A stretch of 64,000 nucleotides of DNA. Source: Azolla caroliniana (Eukaryota; Plantae; Polypodiophyta). The notes beneath the pieces are model-generated. The model worked only from the letters and a program-made list of their open reading frames with translations, ran no database searches and was not told where the DNA came from. Below, piece after piece: positions 48,921 through 60,223 of this stretch. The position numbers and the translations under genes were made by a program. Position 1 is the stretch's first letter. Each line of letters starts with the position of its first letter. Location: assembly GCA_043228905.1 (NCBI GenBank), contig JBHGNT010000020.1, positions 8,122,001-8,186,000 on the forward strand, read 5' to 3'.

Positions 48921-49264
48921 TGTCATGAAGATTCCGGGCCATGGTGAGAAACCAGGGAATATCAAAGGAATCGGCAAGGTGCGCCATGTGCACCCACTCT
49001 TGTAAAACTTGTATAGGGAAATGGGGGCGCCTTTATGACGCCGAGCGGCAATAAAGTCGGGACGGATGATCCCATGTATCACGAGATTTATCCCACATAG
49101 TCACGTGACCCTCACCTTGTTCTAGAAAAGGGAGGGCGCGCTTCTTGTACAAGGGTTCCCACCCGTTGGGTCCCAAACTGTTTTGTTCCACATTTTGAGG
49201 TTCCGTTTAGTATTAATAAACTTCTGTGTATAAAGTCTTTCTCTATTCTCTATTAGGGTTTCAG
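48921..49264 (+). mobile_element. Partial Phygy-like LTR (P2)
   Basis: Starts TGTCATGAAGATTCCGGG and resembles the reverse complement of the P3 LTR (52600 leftwards). Confidence 0.7.
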
Positions 49265-49838
49265 TGTCATTTGTGTGCATGTGTAGGTCGTGTGTTTAGT
49301 TGTGGCGGGCAACGTGCGGACTGTCTGCACCTTCCATGAGTTCCTGCTTGTTGGTCCTCTGTACTCCACGGTCCGGTACATCTGTGCGTGTGTGGGTGTT
49401 GGCTCCCGCCGCTTGTAAAGAGCCCACGTGTTGGGTGGTTCGTTGGCAGGTTTCCCTCGGCGCGCAAGACCCAACTCGGTTCAGCGAGCCCGTGCGCTCC
49501 CCTGAAGGCGGCTTGGCGACAAGCGGTGGTCGTTCTGGAAGAGGCGTGCCCTGCATGACGGTCCCGTCATGCGAACGAGCCTGGGAGCTCCCCGACCGGC
49601 CCTAGGATGCAGGCTCCCTCTTCCTCTCCGTGTGGAACTGGCATCGTAATGAGCGTTGCGTGTGTAGGTGTGTGTGTGTGTCTCCGGTTAGCGTAGGGTC
49701 CGAGAGCGGGTGCGTGTGTGGTCGCCAGTGTAGAGGTGTCGGTTGTAACCAGGTGTGTATATGTGAGTGTGTGTGTGTGGGCGCGGTTAACCGGGTCGTG
49801 TCTTGTGCCTCTTTTGGGCGGAAGGGGCGGAAATGACA
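49265..49838. mobile_element. LTR-like segment with 8-bp inverted termini
   Basis: TGTCATTT...AAATGACA; no matching TSD. Confidence 0.5.
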
Positions 49839-51958
49839 AGGGCGCACTCCCTCACTCCCCGTGCAGCTACCGGCCGCGTCCGGAGAGTATCCGGGATTGA
49901 ACCGGCCGGCAACGCAGCAAGCTCTAGAGGATTCAGGTTCCTAGAAACTCCTCCCCTCCTAGTCCATGACCCCAGTGGTCCCGCCTGGATCCGACATGCA
50001 ATCACGAATTACCGCAATAGCATACTGTGTATATTCAAGTCGAAAGGGTGGCTCGCTCCACGTGCTCCCGGCCTCTTCATAGGCCTGCTCTCTCCTCTCT
50101 TCCGGATCAGTTATCCTGAAGTCCGTTCTACCCCATTCTCGTCCAGGGCCAATGACCCTTTTAGTGGTGTCAGTGGAAAGCATCCGCTCATTGATCAACC
50201 AAGCCCCGTCTGGGCTTGATTCTCCAATGTCTGGAGTTTCGGCTCTGATGCTGACCTTGCCAGACTCGTTTCGAGCCCTTGATCGCCTTTCTTCCGATTT
50301 CCGACCTTCGCCCGATCGGTCTTTCTCCCCATGTAAAAGAGGGCGGCTCGTTCCACATCCTCTCCCGTATTGGCACCTTCATGCCAATTTTGGCCCCAGT
50401 TGAACAATCCACGACCGGATCGTGCTCCAACCGAATCAGAGTGTTGCGCGATTCAGTTCCCGGTCGGGTCGTTTCTTGTTCTCTTCATCGACCTTCTCGC
50501 GGGCTATCTCCCATCCATCTTCGCTGGCATCGTCCCAGGACTCCTCGATACCGTCATCCATCTCCTCAGTCTCACATGGGCGTAAGGGCCCGAATGCCGA
50601 GTTCTCCGGAATTGGGCCCAAGGGCTCTTGTTCGTTCCTTTTCCGTATCGTCTCGCTGGTGATTCTCTGTCTCACGTTGCCGCCTTCCTGCTCTTGGGGC
50701 TCACGTGGGCACTCGGGCCCAACTGCCATCGTCTTGGGAGAAAGTGTGGGAAGACGCGAAGAATCGCCCGTCCGTTTTACGCTCTTGTCCGTAGCCACTG
50801 GCTCTTCGTGGTCGGCGGTCGTCTCCTTACCGATTGCGCAAGCTCCGCCTGGACTTGCTTCTCCAATCTCCAGAGCCTCGGGCTCACGTGCCCGAAACCG
50901 TCGGTCCCAACGTTTTGATCCCGCGATCGGTATCTCGGCCTCGTCCTCGATCGTTCTATCTCCGCAAGTCGAGAGGGCATTTTGTTTCGCACCCTCTCCC
51001 GTGGTACCATGGTACCGATCTTCTGCCATCTCATGGGGTAAGTCCATCTCCTCGGCATCGGCTTGCGACCTCGATCTTTCCTCTTCCTCGAGCATTGCCT
51101 CAAGAGCCGCGTACGCCTCCGCAGTTCTGGCCCCGAATCCGAGCCTTGCCGACTCTCTTTGCCGTTCGGCCTCTTCCCGTTGTGATGGCACGTCGTCACG
51201 CGCCTTCCTCTTAGCCTTCTCGGCTCGCTCGTAATCTAACGGTTGGCATACCCTTCCGACCTTCGACCAGTCCTCGGTGAGGCCATTCGCTCCGTCCTCG
51301 TCTTCGAGCTCAATCCCGATGGCCTCCTGTTCCACTCAGTCGATCGACTTAATGAACAATAGGACTTTGTCCGCCCCCACCAAACCTTGTTCCCGCTCCG
51401 GGAGTCGAGCAAGCCATCGCTCGAACTCTCGGAACGCCTTCGTTGCACCCCGATGGGTCTTTGCCGATGCTACGCACTGGTCGAAGCCACGTCATCCCTG
51501 GCTCTTCCGCCGTCCCCCATATGCTTGCAGGAGCGCCTCTTCGAAGGCTTCCCATGAACTATGAGCTTCTCAGAGCACCTTCACTTCCGCGTGCATACGG
51601 ACGACGACGACTCAACAGAAGAACTCCACCCTCAACGCCTCGGCTACGTCTCGCTCTTCCATTTCTGCATTGTAGGCTTCCAAGTAAAATGGGACTTTGT
51701 CCCCGTTGAAACGACCGACTCTTTCGACCACTCGCTCAACTGCTTGTTGCGTCGTCTCTCGTCTTGCTGTTGCTCGTCCAAACTCCCTCACCACTTCGAC
51801 AAAAAGTTGCGCGAAGTCGTCTTCTTCCAGCTCCATTCTCCCTTGCTGCCCTTCATGTCGGGTTCACCAAATATGTCGCGTTATTACATGCGCGCGTGTA
51901 GAAGGGCAGGACCACGGGGGTCTTGGACGACGGAGGAAAGGAGGCCGAGTAGACGAAA

Positions 51959-51998
<40 letters not shown>

Positions 51999-52600
51999 AA
52001 GAGCATGCGCGCACTACACCGACTCTTCTGCACGGAAAACAAAAAGGGGCGAAAACACGCGACACTACTAGAGATGCAGATGCGCACAACCAAACATATA
52101 TATATATATATATATATATATTACAATGGATGAGATACAACCCCGGCTTTGAGCCGGACCAAGGCAGGTTACAACAACAGTCTGCTACCAAGCCGCCGTT
52201 CAGGGAGCTCTCGGGCTTGTCTCGTCGAGCGGGGTCTTGCACAGGGACCGAGCAGAAGCAAACCCTAAACAGACATGAACTCTCTCCCCATGCAATGACG
52301 ACGAAGAAGAAGAATCAAACTACCTAACCCTAAACCTAACGGTATACCCTCTAACACAAAATGGACAACCCTTTCGCAAAGGGCGCTCCCTCCCTTTTAT
52401 AGAACAAGGAGAGGGATGCATACCAATGTGGGATAAATCCCCTATTACATGGGATCCTCTGTCCCGAATTAACTACTGTCCGGCCCATAATGACGCCCCT
52501 ATCCTTTACACAATTTGTACAAGCGTGGGTGCACATGGTGCACCTCGCCGATTCCTCCAATATCTCCGGTTTCTCACCGTAGCCCAAAATCTTCACGACA
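49839..52600 (-). mobile_element. Phygy-like non-autonomous element P3 (LTR, Trp PBS, gag and acidic ORF, no pol)
   Basis: LTR at 51874-52600 with (GA)n and (TA)n; PBS TGGTGAACCCGACATG on minus strand; gag VGRFNGDKVPFYLEAYNAEM. Confidence 0.75.
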
Positions 52601-54517
52601 ACGGGACGGAGGGTAAATGTATGTAGCCGAGGGTGTAACGGTCTTCCAGAGCAACCTATAAAAGGGAGGGGAAAAGGCTAAGAGAGGGATCAGACATTTT
52701 GGAGAGGACGAACTGTTGTCAGACTAGGAACCGAGCTCTTTCCTCCACCATCATTGTTGCTTCTGCAGGGATTTTGGGTTAAGTTCACTACCTCCGCTGT
52801 GTGAAAGCCCGAGTGCTTCTGGTAGAGGCTCCACTGCGAATTTCAGTGCGTCTATTCGTCCGTGTTGAGTCTGTCACCGGCTTGCCGGTTGTAACATTGC
52901 AAGCTCTGTAATTTGTATTGTTATTGGAATTGATTTTCTCGTTTCTGTCTCTCTATGTTTTCTACGAATCTCTCTCCCTCTCATCTCTCACGCTCCTCGG
53001 TTCAAAGCGTAACAACACGACATAAATTTGGTGAACCCGACGTGAACAAGGCGGCAGAGGAATCGAAAATGAGGGGATTAGAGCTCACCGAAGCCGTGGC
53101 GGCAATAGTCGATTGGATAGTAAGTGCTCGCGAGGGCGCCCGTGCCCTCGACAGGGCCATAGAAGCAATTGTCGGCACAATAGGCCGGTTCGATGGGAAG
53201 GACACCACGAGTTATTTGTTGGCCTACCGGGCCGAAATGGTGATGAGGGACATCCCGGAGGAGAGACGTCTGGCTGGGTTTCCCCGGGTACCGACACCAA
53301 GCATCCACGTAGAGGTGCTCGAGGTGCAGGCTGGATGTCAGACCTGGGGAGAATTCGATGCGCGGCTCCTCGAAAGGTACGGGCTTGACGACATGCTTCG
53401 GTTATCGAAGCGGGACTTGATGGAGTGGGTGGAGAACCCTGGAAAGGGGAGGAACGCATCGGCGCTCCTACGGGAGTTTGAAGAACGCTTCACACGACTC
53501 TCGGCTTTGGACAGGACCGTGCTAGACATGAGCCCTGTCCTGTTGTTCGTAAAAGCGGTGGACGTGAGGGATTGGGATCAAGTGGGTCTCCTTCTGGAGA
53601 CAGATGATGGGCTGACGACCGACTGGGCTGGGGTCAAAGGAGTCTACAACCGTTTCGACAAGCGGCGTGAGTGGGTCGACAAGGGCTCGTTGGGCACGGG
53701 AACAGTTGCGGCAAGAAACCTCGAGGGACCCCCACCGGCGCGGAAAGAGGAACCCCAGGCTTGGATCGAGACGGGCTCGGCATCAACCGGCGTAGTCAAG
53801 GGACCATCAGGAGGAGCGGTTCTGGAGGAGCTAACACAAATGATGCGCGACCTGCAGATCACGCAGGCCCGGAGAGACGGTGGAGGGCAGCCACGCGATC
53901 GGAGGCCACTGGTTGGACAATAGTGTATGTGGTGCGACGCGGTCGGACACAGCCGACGAGAATACATGGAGTTTACCAAAGCCCATAGGGGTAATGTGGT
54001 GTACCTGTGGAATGGATGAGCGCGCGTCGGTGATACCCGGAGAGCCGTGGAAACGAGTTTCGGTAGCGGAGGGATGGAGCCGCTAATGGAAGAAGCGGAG
54101 GCGCGCCATGCAGAGGCCGTGCATTATTCAGCATTGTCCGGAATCCAGGTAGGAGGTAACCAAGACTGGAAAACAAAAGACTCGAGCTTCTGGCTGGTGG
54201 TGCTAGAAGGTTTCGCCAGTATGCGATTGAGGAAGGAGGAAGCAGACTGCGTGGAAAGACGTGTCCGGGAGGTCACCGGGTGGAGCGATCCGGTCGAGAA
54301 AAAGACCGGCTTCGTGGAAGCCACGTGCCAGAACTACGAGGTTCTAGTAGAAGACAAGTGTGTGGGGAAGGGCGGAGGGGTCGGACCCTAACAACGATAC
54401 GAGACCCGGTACGGCCCAAAGAAGAACAATGCCGGCAATCCTGGCATTCCGAACAAGCCCAAGCCAGCAGGTTACCGGTTGAGCACTGAGATTGAAAGAA
54501 CCACGGACCTACGGAAG

Positions 54518-57500
54518 TGTTGAAATTCCGTGCTCGGCCACAACCGAGGAACAGGATCGATTCGCAGAAAACGGGAAATACAAGAATGCACGAAGAACAA
54601 CAGAGAGAAGAGCACACAGGATGTTTACGTGGAAAACCCTAAATGGGAAAAAACCACGGGAGTCCTCTAACTCCAACTATCACTATACACAGAGATGTAC
54701 AATGGTGAGGCTACAAGGCAACAACCTTGAGCTCGCTGTCCTCGCCACAGGCGGCGGTATTACACAGAGGCGTCGACCTCTTCCTTCCCCTTTCTCTCTC
54801 TCACTCTCGCTCGGCTGCTCTCACTTCGCTCCCTCTTCGTGGAAAACAGAAAATGAGCAACAACATAAATTGTTTGCCCTAAGTCATATTTATACTTATA
54901 TGACTTTCGGGCTATTTACAAATATAGCCTCAAGGGCTCTTGGCAAACATATTCACAAATATGTCCCCGCATCCGGATCTCCCTCCGGGTACATTCAGCA
55001 TCCGGCTCCGTAGCCGGGGTATTCATCATCCGGCTCCGTAGCCGGAGTCTTCAGCATCCGGCTCGTAGCCGGGTCTTCATCCGGCTTCATGCCGGGTACC
55101 CTTCATCCTCCGGTTCCGTAACCGCAACCGGGCTTGCCGTCATTCGTATCCGGACATCCCATCCGGAGGGACCGTAAATCCCAACAAACTCCCCCTTCAC
55201 TTCGGCATGGGATGTCTCTCCAATCCGATCCTCTTCCGGCATGCTTCCAGCTTGTCGGGTGTAAGTACCTTGGTCAGCATATCCGACCCGTTCTCGTCCG
55301 TGTGGATCTTCGTCAGCACGAACTCCTTGTCTTCTATCCTTTCCCGGATCCAGTGATATCTTCGCTGGATGTGCTTCGTCCGGGAGTGATAGGCCGCGTT
55401 CTTCGCAAGGTGGATGGCACTCTGACTGTCGCAGTAGAGTCGGTACTCCTCTTGCCGGATACCGAGCTCTCTAATGAAGTCCTTCATCCATATTATTTCC
55501 TTGCCGGCTTCAACAGCCGCCATGTACTCCGCCTCCGTGGTTGACAACGCAACCGTCTTCTGCAGCCTCGACTGCCACGAAACAGCTCCCCCTGCATACG
55601 TCATCACATACCCTGATGTGGACCGGCTGGTATCTGCATCAGCCGACATATCAGAATCAGTAAAGCCTTCGAGTTCGGGCTTACCGGAGCCGAATCGGAG
55701 GCACACGTTTGCCGTGCCCTTCAGGTATCGGAGTATCCACTTGACCGCGTTCCAGTGCTCTTTGCCGGGATTGCTCATGTACCGGCTCACCACTCCGACT
55801 GCATATCCTATGTCCGGTCTCGTACACACCATGGCGTACATCAAGCTCCCGACGGCTGAGGCATACGGCACTTCCATCATATCCTCCTTTTCAGCCTTTG
55901 TCTTGGGACTTTGCTTGCTGGTCAGCTTGCAGTTTGCCGGGAGGGTCGATCCGACCGGTCTTGCTTCCGACATGTTGAACCGTTGAAGCACCTTTGTCAC
56001 GTACTTCTCCTGTGACAGCCACAACTGCTTCTTCTTCCGGTCCCGGATGATGTGCATCCCTAGTATTTGCCTCGCCGGACCCAGGTCCTTCATTGAGAAG
56101 GTTCGGTGAAGAGCCTTCTTCAGCATCCGTATCTTGACCTGGTCCCGTCCGACGATCAACATGTCGTCCACGTACAGGAGGAGTATTAGGAAGTCTCCTC
56201 CTTCAAACTTCTTCACAAACATGCAGTGGTCGGACTGCGTTTTGAGGTACCCTTCGTCGGTCATGAAGGAGTCGAACTTCCGGTACCATTGCCGGGGAGC
56301 CTGCTTCAGTCCGTAAAGGCTCTTCTTCAATCGGCATACCAGGTGCTCCTTCCCTTTCTTCTCGAATCCTTCCGGTTGCTGCATGTAGATTTCTTCTTCG
56401 AGGTCACCGTGAAGGAATGCTGTCTTCACGTCCATCTGTTCTACCTCGAGGTCCATGCTTGCCGCTATGCTCAGCACCGTCCGGATGGAGGTCATCTTCA
56501 CTACCGGGGCAAATATCTCGTCGAAGTCGACGCCCTTCTTTTGCTGGAACCCCTTCACCACGATCCTGGCTTTGTATCTCGTGGGGTTTCCGGCCTCTCC
56601 CGGTTTCAGCTTGAACACCCACTTGTTTCGAAGTGCCCGCATTCCTTTCGGCAACTCCACAAGTTCATATGTGTGGTTCTCATGCAGGGAATCCATCTCG
56701 TCCTGCATGGCACTCAACCACCTGCGGCTCTGGGTGTCATGCTTTGCTTCTTCAAAGCTCTCCGGCTCCCCTTCGTCGGTTAGCAGCACGTGCTCTGGTT
56801 CCGGAAATCTCCGGGGGGCTCTCCTCTCTCTTAGAGGATATCTCCGTTCGGGAGCTTCGGTAACCGGTTCTTCCGATTCTTCTTCTTCATCCGAATCCAT
56901 TTCGGGATCGGGGCCGGTTCCGGTATCATTTTCATCTTCTTCGGCCGGTTCTGTTTCTTCACCGTCTTCGGCCGGATCCTCGAGTGTTAACCGGTCCCTT
57001 GCCGGTCGGGACTGCTCCTCGTAGAGTTGATCCTCACCGATCGACTTGGAGCTCTTCATCTTCTTCTCCGACTCCCAGTCGGCGAGTGTCTTGTCCTCCA
57101 TGAAGATGATGTCTCGACTCCTGAATATCTTCTTGTCGACCGGGTCCCATACTCGGTAGCCGAACTCGTCGTCGCCGTAACCGAGGAATATGCATGGCCG
57201 GGTCTTAGGATCTAGCTTTCCTCTCCGGTCCTTTGCCACATGCACGTATGCGAGACACCCGAACACCTTCAGATGCCGGTAGGACACTTCCTTACCGGTC
57301 CACACTCTCTGCGGCGTGTCTCCGTCCAAAGGAACTGAGGGTGATCTGTTTATCACATATGTCGCCGTCGACATTGCCTCAGCCCAAAACCCCTTGGGTA
57401 ATTTCGCATGCGCCAGCATACTCCGGACCCGCTCCATTATGGTCCGGTTCATCCTCTCGGCCAGCCCGTTCAGTTCCGGCGTCTTCGGCACAGTAAACTC

Positions 57501-59973
57501 GAGCCGGATTCCCTTCGAGCGACAGTACTCCTGGAACTGCCCCCGGTATTCCCCTCCGTTATCCGCTCGTATCGCTTTCAGCTTCTTGCCGGATTCCCTT
57601 TCCACTCTCGCGTGGAGTTCTTTGAAGACGGACAACACTTGGTCCTTTGTCTTCAACGGTGCCGTCCACAGCTTCCGGCTGTGATCATCAATGAATGTCA
57701 CGAAGTACTGGGCTCCGCCATGTGACTTCGTTTCTACCTGACACACATCAGTGTGCACCAACTCCAATGGTGCGCTACGTCTCGTCGGTGGCCTTGAGTG
57801 GAAGGAGGTTCGGTTTTGCTTACCGGCCAGGCAGTCGGTGCACTTCTCCAGGTGCACATGCTTCACTGGAATAAGGTTGTCTTCTGCAAGCCTCTTCATC
57901 CCCTTCTCACTCATGTGGCACAGTCGCTTGTGCCACAGCTCACCGGCAGCGACGGCTGCCACGTTCAGCTCCTCCGGACATAGCCGGGAATTCATCAGGT
58001 ACAGAGTGTTGACCTTCCGGGCCCGAGCCACTATCAGGCTCCCCTTGCTGAACTTCATGACACCGTCCCGGATGCTACCCGTGTAGCCTTCATCATCTAG
58101 CCTCCCGGCCGAGATCAGGTTCAATCGGACCTCCGGAACGTGTCGCACATTCTTCAGCAGCAGCTTGCATCCGGTTGATGTCATCAGCCACACGTCTCCT
58201 ATGCCGGCAATCCGGCATGTGCCTTCATTTCCCATCCGGACACAGCCATGTTCACCGGCTGTGTAGGATGAGAAGTATTTCTTCTCCGGGGTCAGGTGGA
58301 ACGACGCTCCGGAATCGACCACCCAGGTCATCTCTTCACCGGCAAGGTTTAGCTCCGTCTCTTCGGTAATGAGCATTATCTCTTCTTCACTTGCCGCGAA
58401 TGCCGTCGTTCCTTTCCGGTCCTGCCCTCGCCGATCCGGACCTCTCCGGTCCGTGGCTCCCCGGTATGCACCGTTTCTCTCCGGTGACTTCTTCGAATCG
58501 GTGTCGTCAGCTCCGTCATCCTTTCGGTAATGCCGACAGTTCTTCCGGAAGTGCCCCGGCTTCCCACAGTGGAAGCATGTTGGCCTTCCTCTTGACTGCG
58601 ACCGGGTCCCCGACTTCTCCCGTCTTTGCGGACTCCGGTTCCACTGTCTTCCCCGATCCGATTCGGTAAACAGCATCTTCGGGTCGGAGGCCGGTTCCTT
58701 ATCTCTCCGACGCGCTTCTTCATTCAGAATACTTGTCTTTACCGTTTGTAGGGACAAGTTATCTTCGGTGCAGGAGGTGCTGAGAGTCACCACCAAGTTC
58801 TCCCAGCTGTCCGGCAATGTACACATCAGGATGATGGCTTGCATTGCATCCTCCAACGGGAACTTGATCGCCGCAAGCTGATTCACGAATCCCATGAACG
58901 TGCTTACGTGTTCTACCATACTCTCGCCGTCCCGGTACTTGAGGTTCACTATCTTCCTCATCAGGGAGGTCCGGTTCAACGCATTCTTCCTCTCATAGAG
59001 GCCCGACAGCTTCTTCCACATCTCATAGGCGTTCGTATCGTTCGCCACATGTTGCAGGACACTTACATCGACATATTGCCGGATCGTCGCTACGGCTTTC
59101 CGGTTCAGGAGCTTCCACTCCGACTCAAGTACCCCTTTCGGTATTTCCGACCTGTCAATCGGTTCGTACAGGTCCCGAACAATCAGAAGATCCTCCATCT
59201 TGATCTTCCAGTCGGCGTAATTCTGTGCATTCAGCACCATCATCATCGGCTGCCCGCTGCCGCCGCCTTCCATTTTCTGTGTTACCGTCGCTCTGATACC
59301 AGTTTGTTGAAATTCCGTGCTCGGCCACAACCGAGGAACAGGATCGATTCGCAGAAAACGGGAAATACAAGAATGCACGAAGAACAACAGAGAGAAGAGC
59401 ACACAGGATGTTTACGTGGAAAACCCTAAATGGGAAAAAACCACGGGAGTCCTCTAACTCCAACTATCACTATACACAGAGATGTACAATGGTGAGGCTA
59501 CAAGGCAACAACCTTGAGCTCGCTGTCCTCGCCACAGGCGGCGGTATTACACAGAGGCGTCGACCTCTTCCTTCCCCTTTCTCTCTCTCACTCTCGCTCG
59601 GCTGCTCTCACTTCGCTCCCTCTTCGTGGAAAACAGAAAATGAGCAACAACATAAACTGTTTGCCCTAAGTCATATTTATACTTATATGACTTTCGGGCT
59701 ATTTACAAATATAGCCTCAAGGGCTCTTGGCAAACATATTCACAAATATGTCCCCGCATCCGGATCTCCCTCCGGGTACATTCAGCATCCGGCTCCGTAG
59801 CCGGGGTATTCATCATCCGGCTCCGTAGCCGGAGTCTTCAGCATCCGGCTCGTAGCCGGGTCTTCATCCGGCTTCATGCCGGGTACCCTTCATCCTCCGG
59901 TTCCGTAACCGCAACCGGGCTTGCCGTCATTCGTATCCGGACATCCCATCCGGAGGGACCGTAAATCCCAACA
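54518..59973 (-). mobile_element. Intact, very recent Copia E (Tnt1/Tork-like)
   Basis: 669-bp LTRs at 54518-55186 and 59305-59973 with one mismatch seen; TSD GGAAG; PBS iMet at 59290-59301; PPT AGGGGGAG. Confidence 0.97.
55197..59273 (-). CDS. Copia E Gag-Pol polyprotein
   Basis: Uninterrupted ORF: CFHCGKPGHFRKNC, WVVDSGAS, INT DDE, YVDD, RH; likely start MEGGGSG. Confidence 0.95.
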   Translation of the reverse strand: MEGGGSGQPMMMVLNAQNYADWKIKMEDLLIVRDLYEPIDRSEIPKGVLESEWKLLNRKAVATIRQYVDVSVLQHVANDTNAYEMWKKLSGLYERKNALNRTSLMRKIVNLKYRDGESMVEHVSTFMGFVNQLAAIKFPLEDAMQAIILMCTLPDSWENLVVTLSTSCTEDNLSLQTVKTSILNEEARRRDKEPASDPKMLFTESDRGRQWNRSPQRREKSGTRSQSRGRPTCFHCGKPGHFRKNCRHYRKDDGADDTDSKKSPERNGAYRGATDRRGPDRRGQDRKGTTAFAASEEEIMLITEETELNLAGEEMTWVVDSGASFHLTPEKKYFSSYTAGEHGCVRMGNEGTCRIAGIGDVWLMTSTGCKLLLKNVRHVPEVRLNLISAGRLDDEGYTGSIRDGVMKFSKGSLIVARARKVNTLYLMNSRLCPEELNVAAVAAGELWHKRLCHMSEKGMKRLAEDNLIPVKHVHLEKCTDCLAGKQNRTSFHSRPPTRRSAPLELVHTDVCQVETKSHGGAQYFVTFIDDHSRKLWTAPLKTKDQVLSVFKELHARVERESGKKLKAIRADNGGEYRGQFQEYCRSKGIRLEFTVPKTPELNGLAERMNRTIMERVRSMLAHAKLPKGFWAEAMSTATYVINRSPSVPLDGDTPQRVWTGKEVSYRHLKVFGCLAYVHVAKDRRGKLDPKTRPCIFLGYGDDEFGYRVWDPVDKKIFRSRDIIFMEDKTLADWESEKKMKSSKSIGEDQLYEEQSRPARDRLTLEDPAEDGEETEPAEEDENDTGTGPDPEMDSDEEEESEEPVTEAPERRYPLRERRAPRRFPEPEHVLLTDEGEPESFEEAKHDTQSRRWLSAMQDEMDSLHENHTYELVELPKGMRALRNKWVFKLKPGEAGNPTRYKARIVVKGFQQKKGVDFDEIFAPVVKMTSIRTVLSIAASMDLEVEQMDVKTAFLHGDLEEEIYMQQPEGFEKKGKEHLVCRLKKSLYGLKQAPRQWYRKFDSFMTDEGYLKTQSDHCMFVKKFEGGDFLILLLYVDDMLIVGRDQVKIRMLKKALHRTFSMKDLGPARQILGMHIIRDRKKKQLWLSQEKYVTKVLQRFNMSEARPVGSTLPANCKLTSKQSPKTKAEKEDMMEVPYASAVGSLMYAMVCTRPDIGYAVGVVSRYMSNPGKEHWNAVKWILRYLKGTANVCLRFGSGKPELEGFTDSDMSADADTSRSTSGYVMTYAGGAVSWQSRLQKTVALSTTEAEYMAAVEAGKEIIWMKDFIRELGIRQEEYRLYCDSQSAIHLAKNAAYHSRTKHIQRRYHWIRERIEDKEFVLTKIHTDENGSDMLTKVLTPDKLEACRKRIGLERHPMPK

Positions 59974-60223
59974 GGAAGGTCCTAGAGGAGCAGATTCTCG
60001 ACAACAAGGTTGAGTTGTCGCTGTGGGAAGTGCTTGGGATCGCGAAGGAGTTCCATGATTCTATTGTGGACTTGGTGAAGCGGAAGCGGCTCTCGACGAA
60101 GCCGGAACCGGAGAAGCCTGTGGAGGTACGGACAACGCACCTGGAAGACACGGCCGTAGAGGACGAGTTGGCGGAAAGCCATTATTCGAAGTTACACTAG
60201 ACCAGGGCCACGACAGAGACCCC

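Larger units (their letters stand above)
52601..60223 (+). mobile_element. Phygy-like element P4 (partial LTR to 53022, Trp PBS 53029-53046, gag), interrupted by Copia E and G3
   Basis: PBS TGGTGAACCCGACGTGAA; gag IGRFDGKDTTSYL; gag resumes after the Copia E TSD (VLEEQILDNKVEL). Confidence 0.8.

Noticed and set aside
54492-55013. Duplicated small gene (also 59408-59800)
   Set aside because: Incidental antisense ORF inside the two LTRs of Copia E
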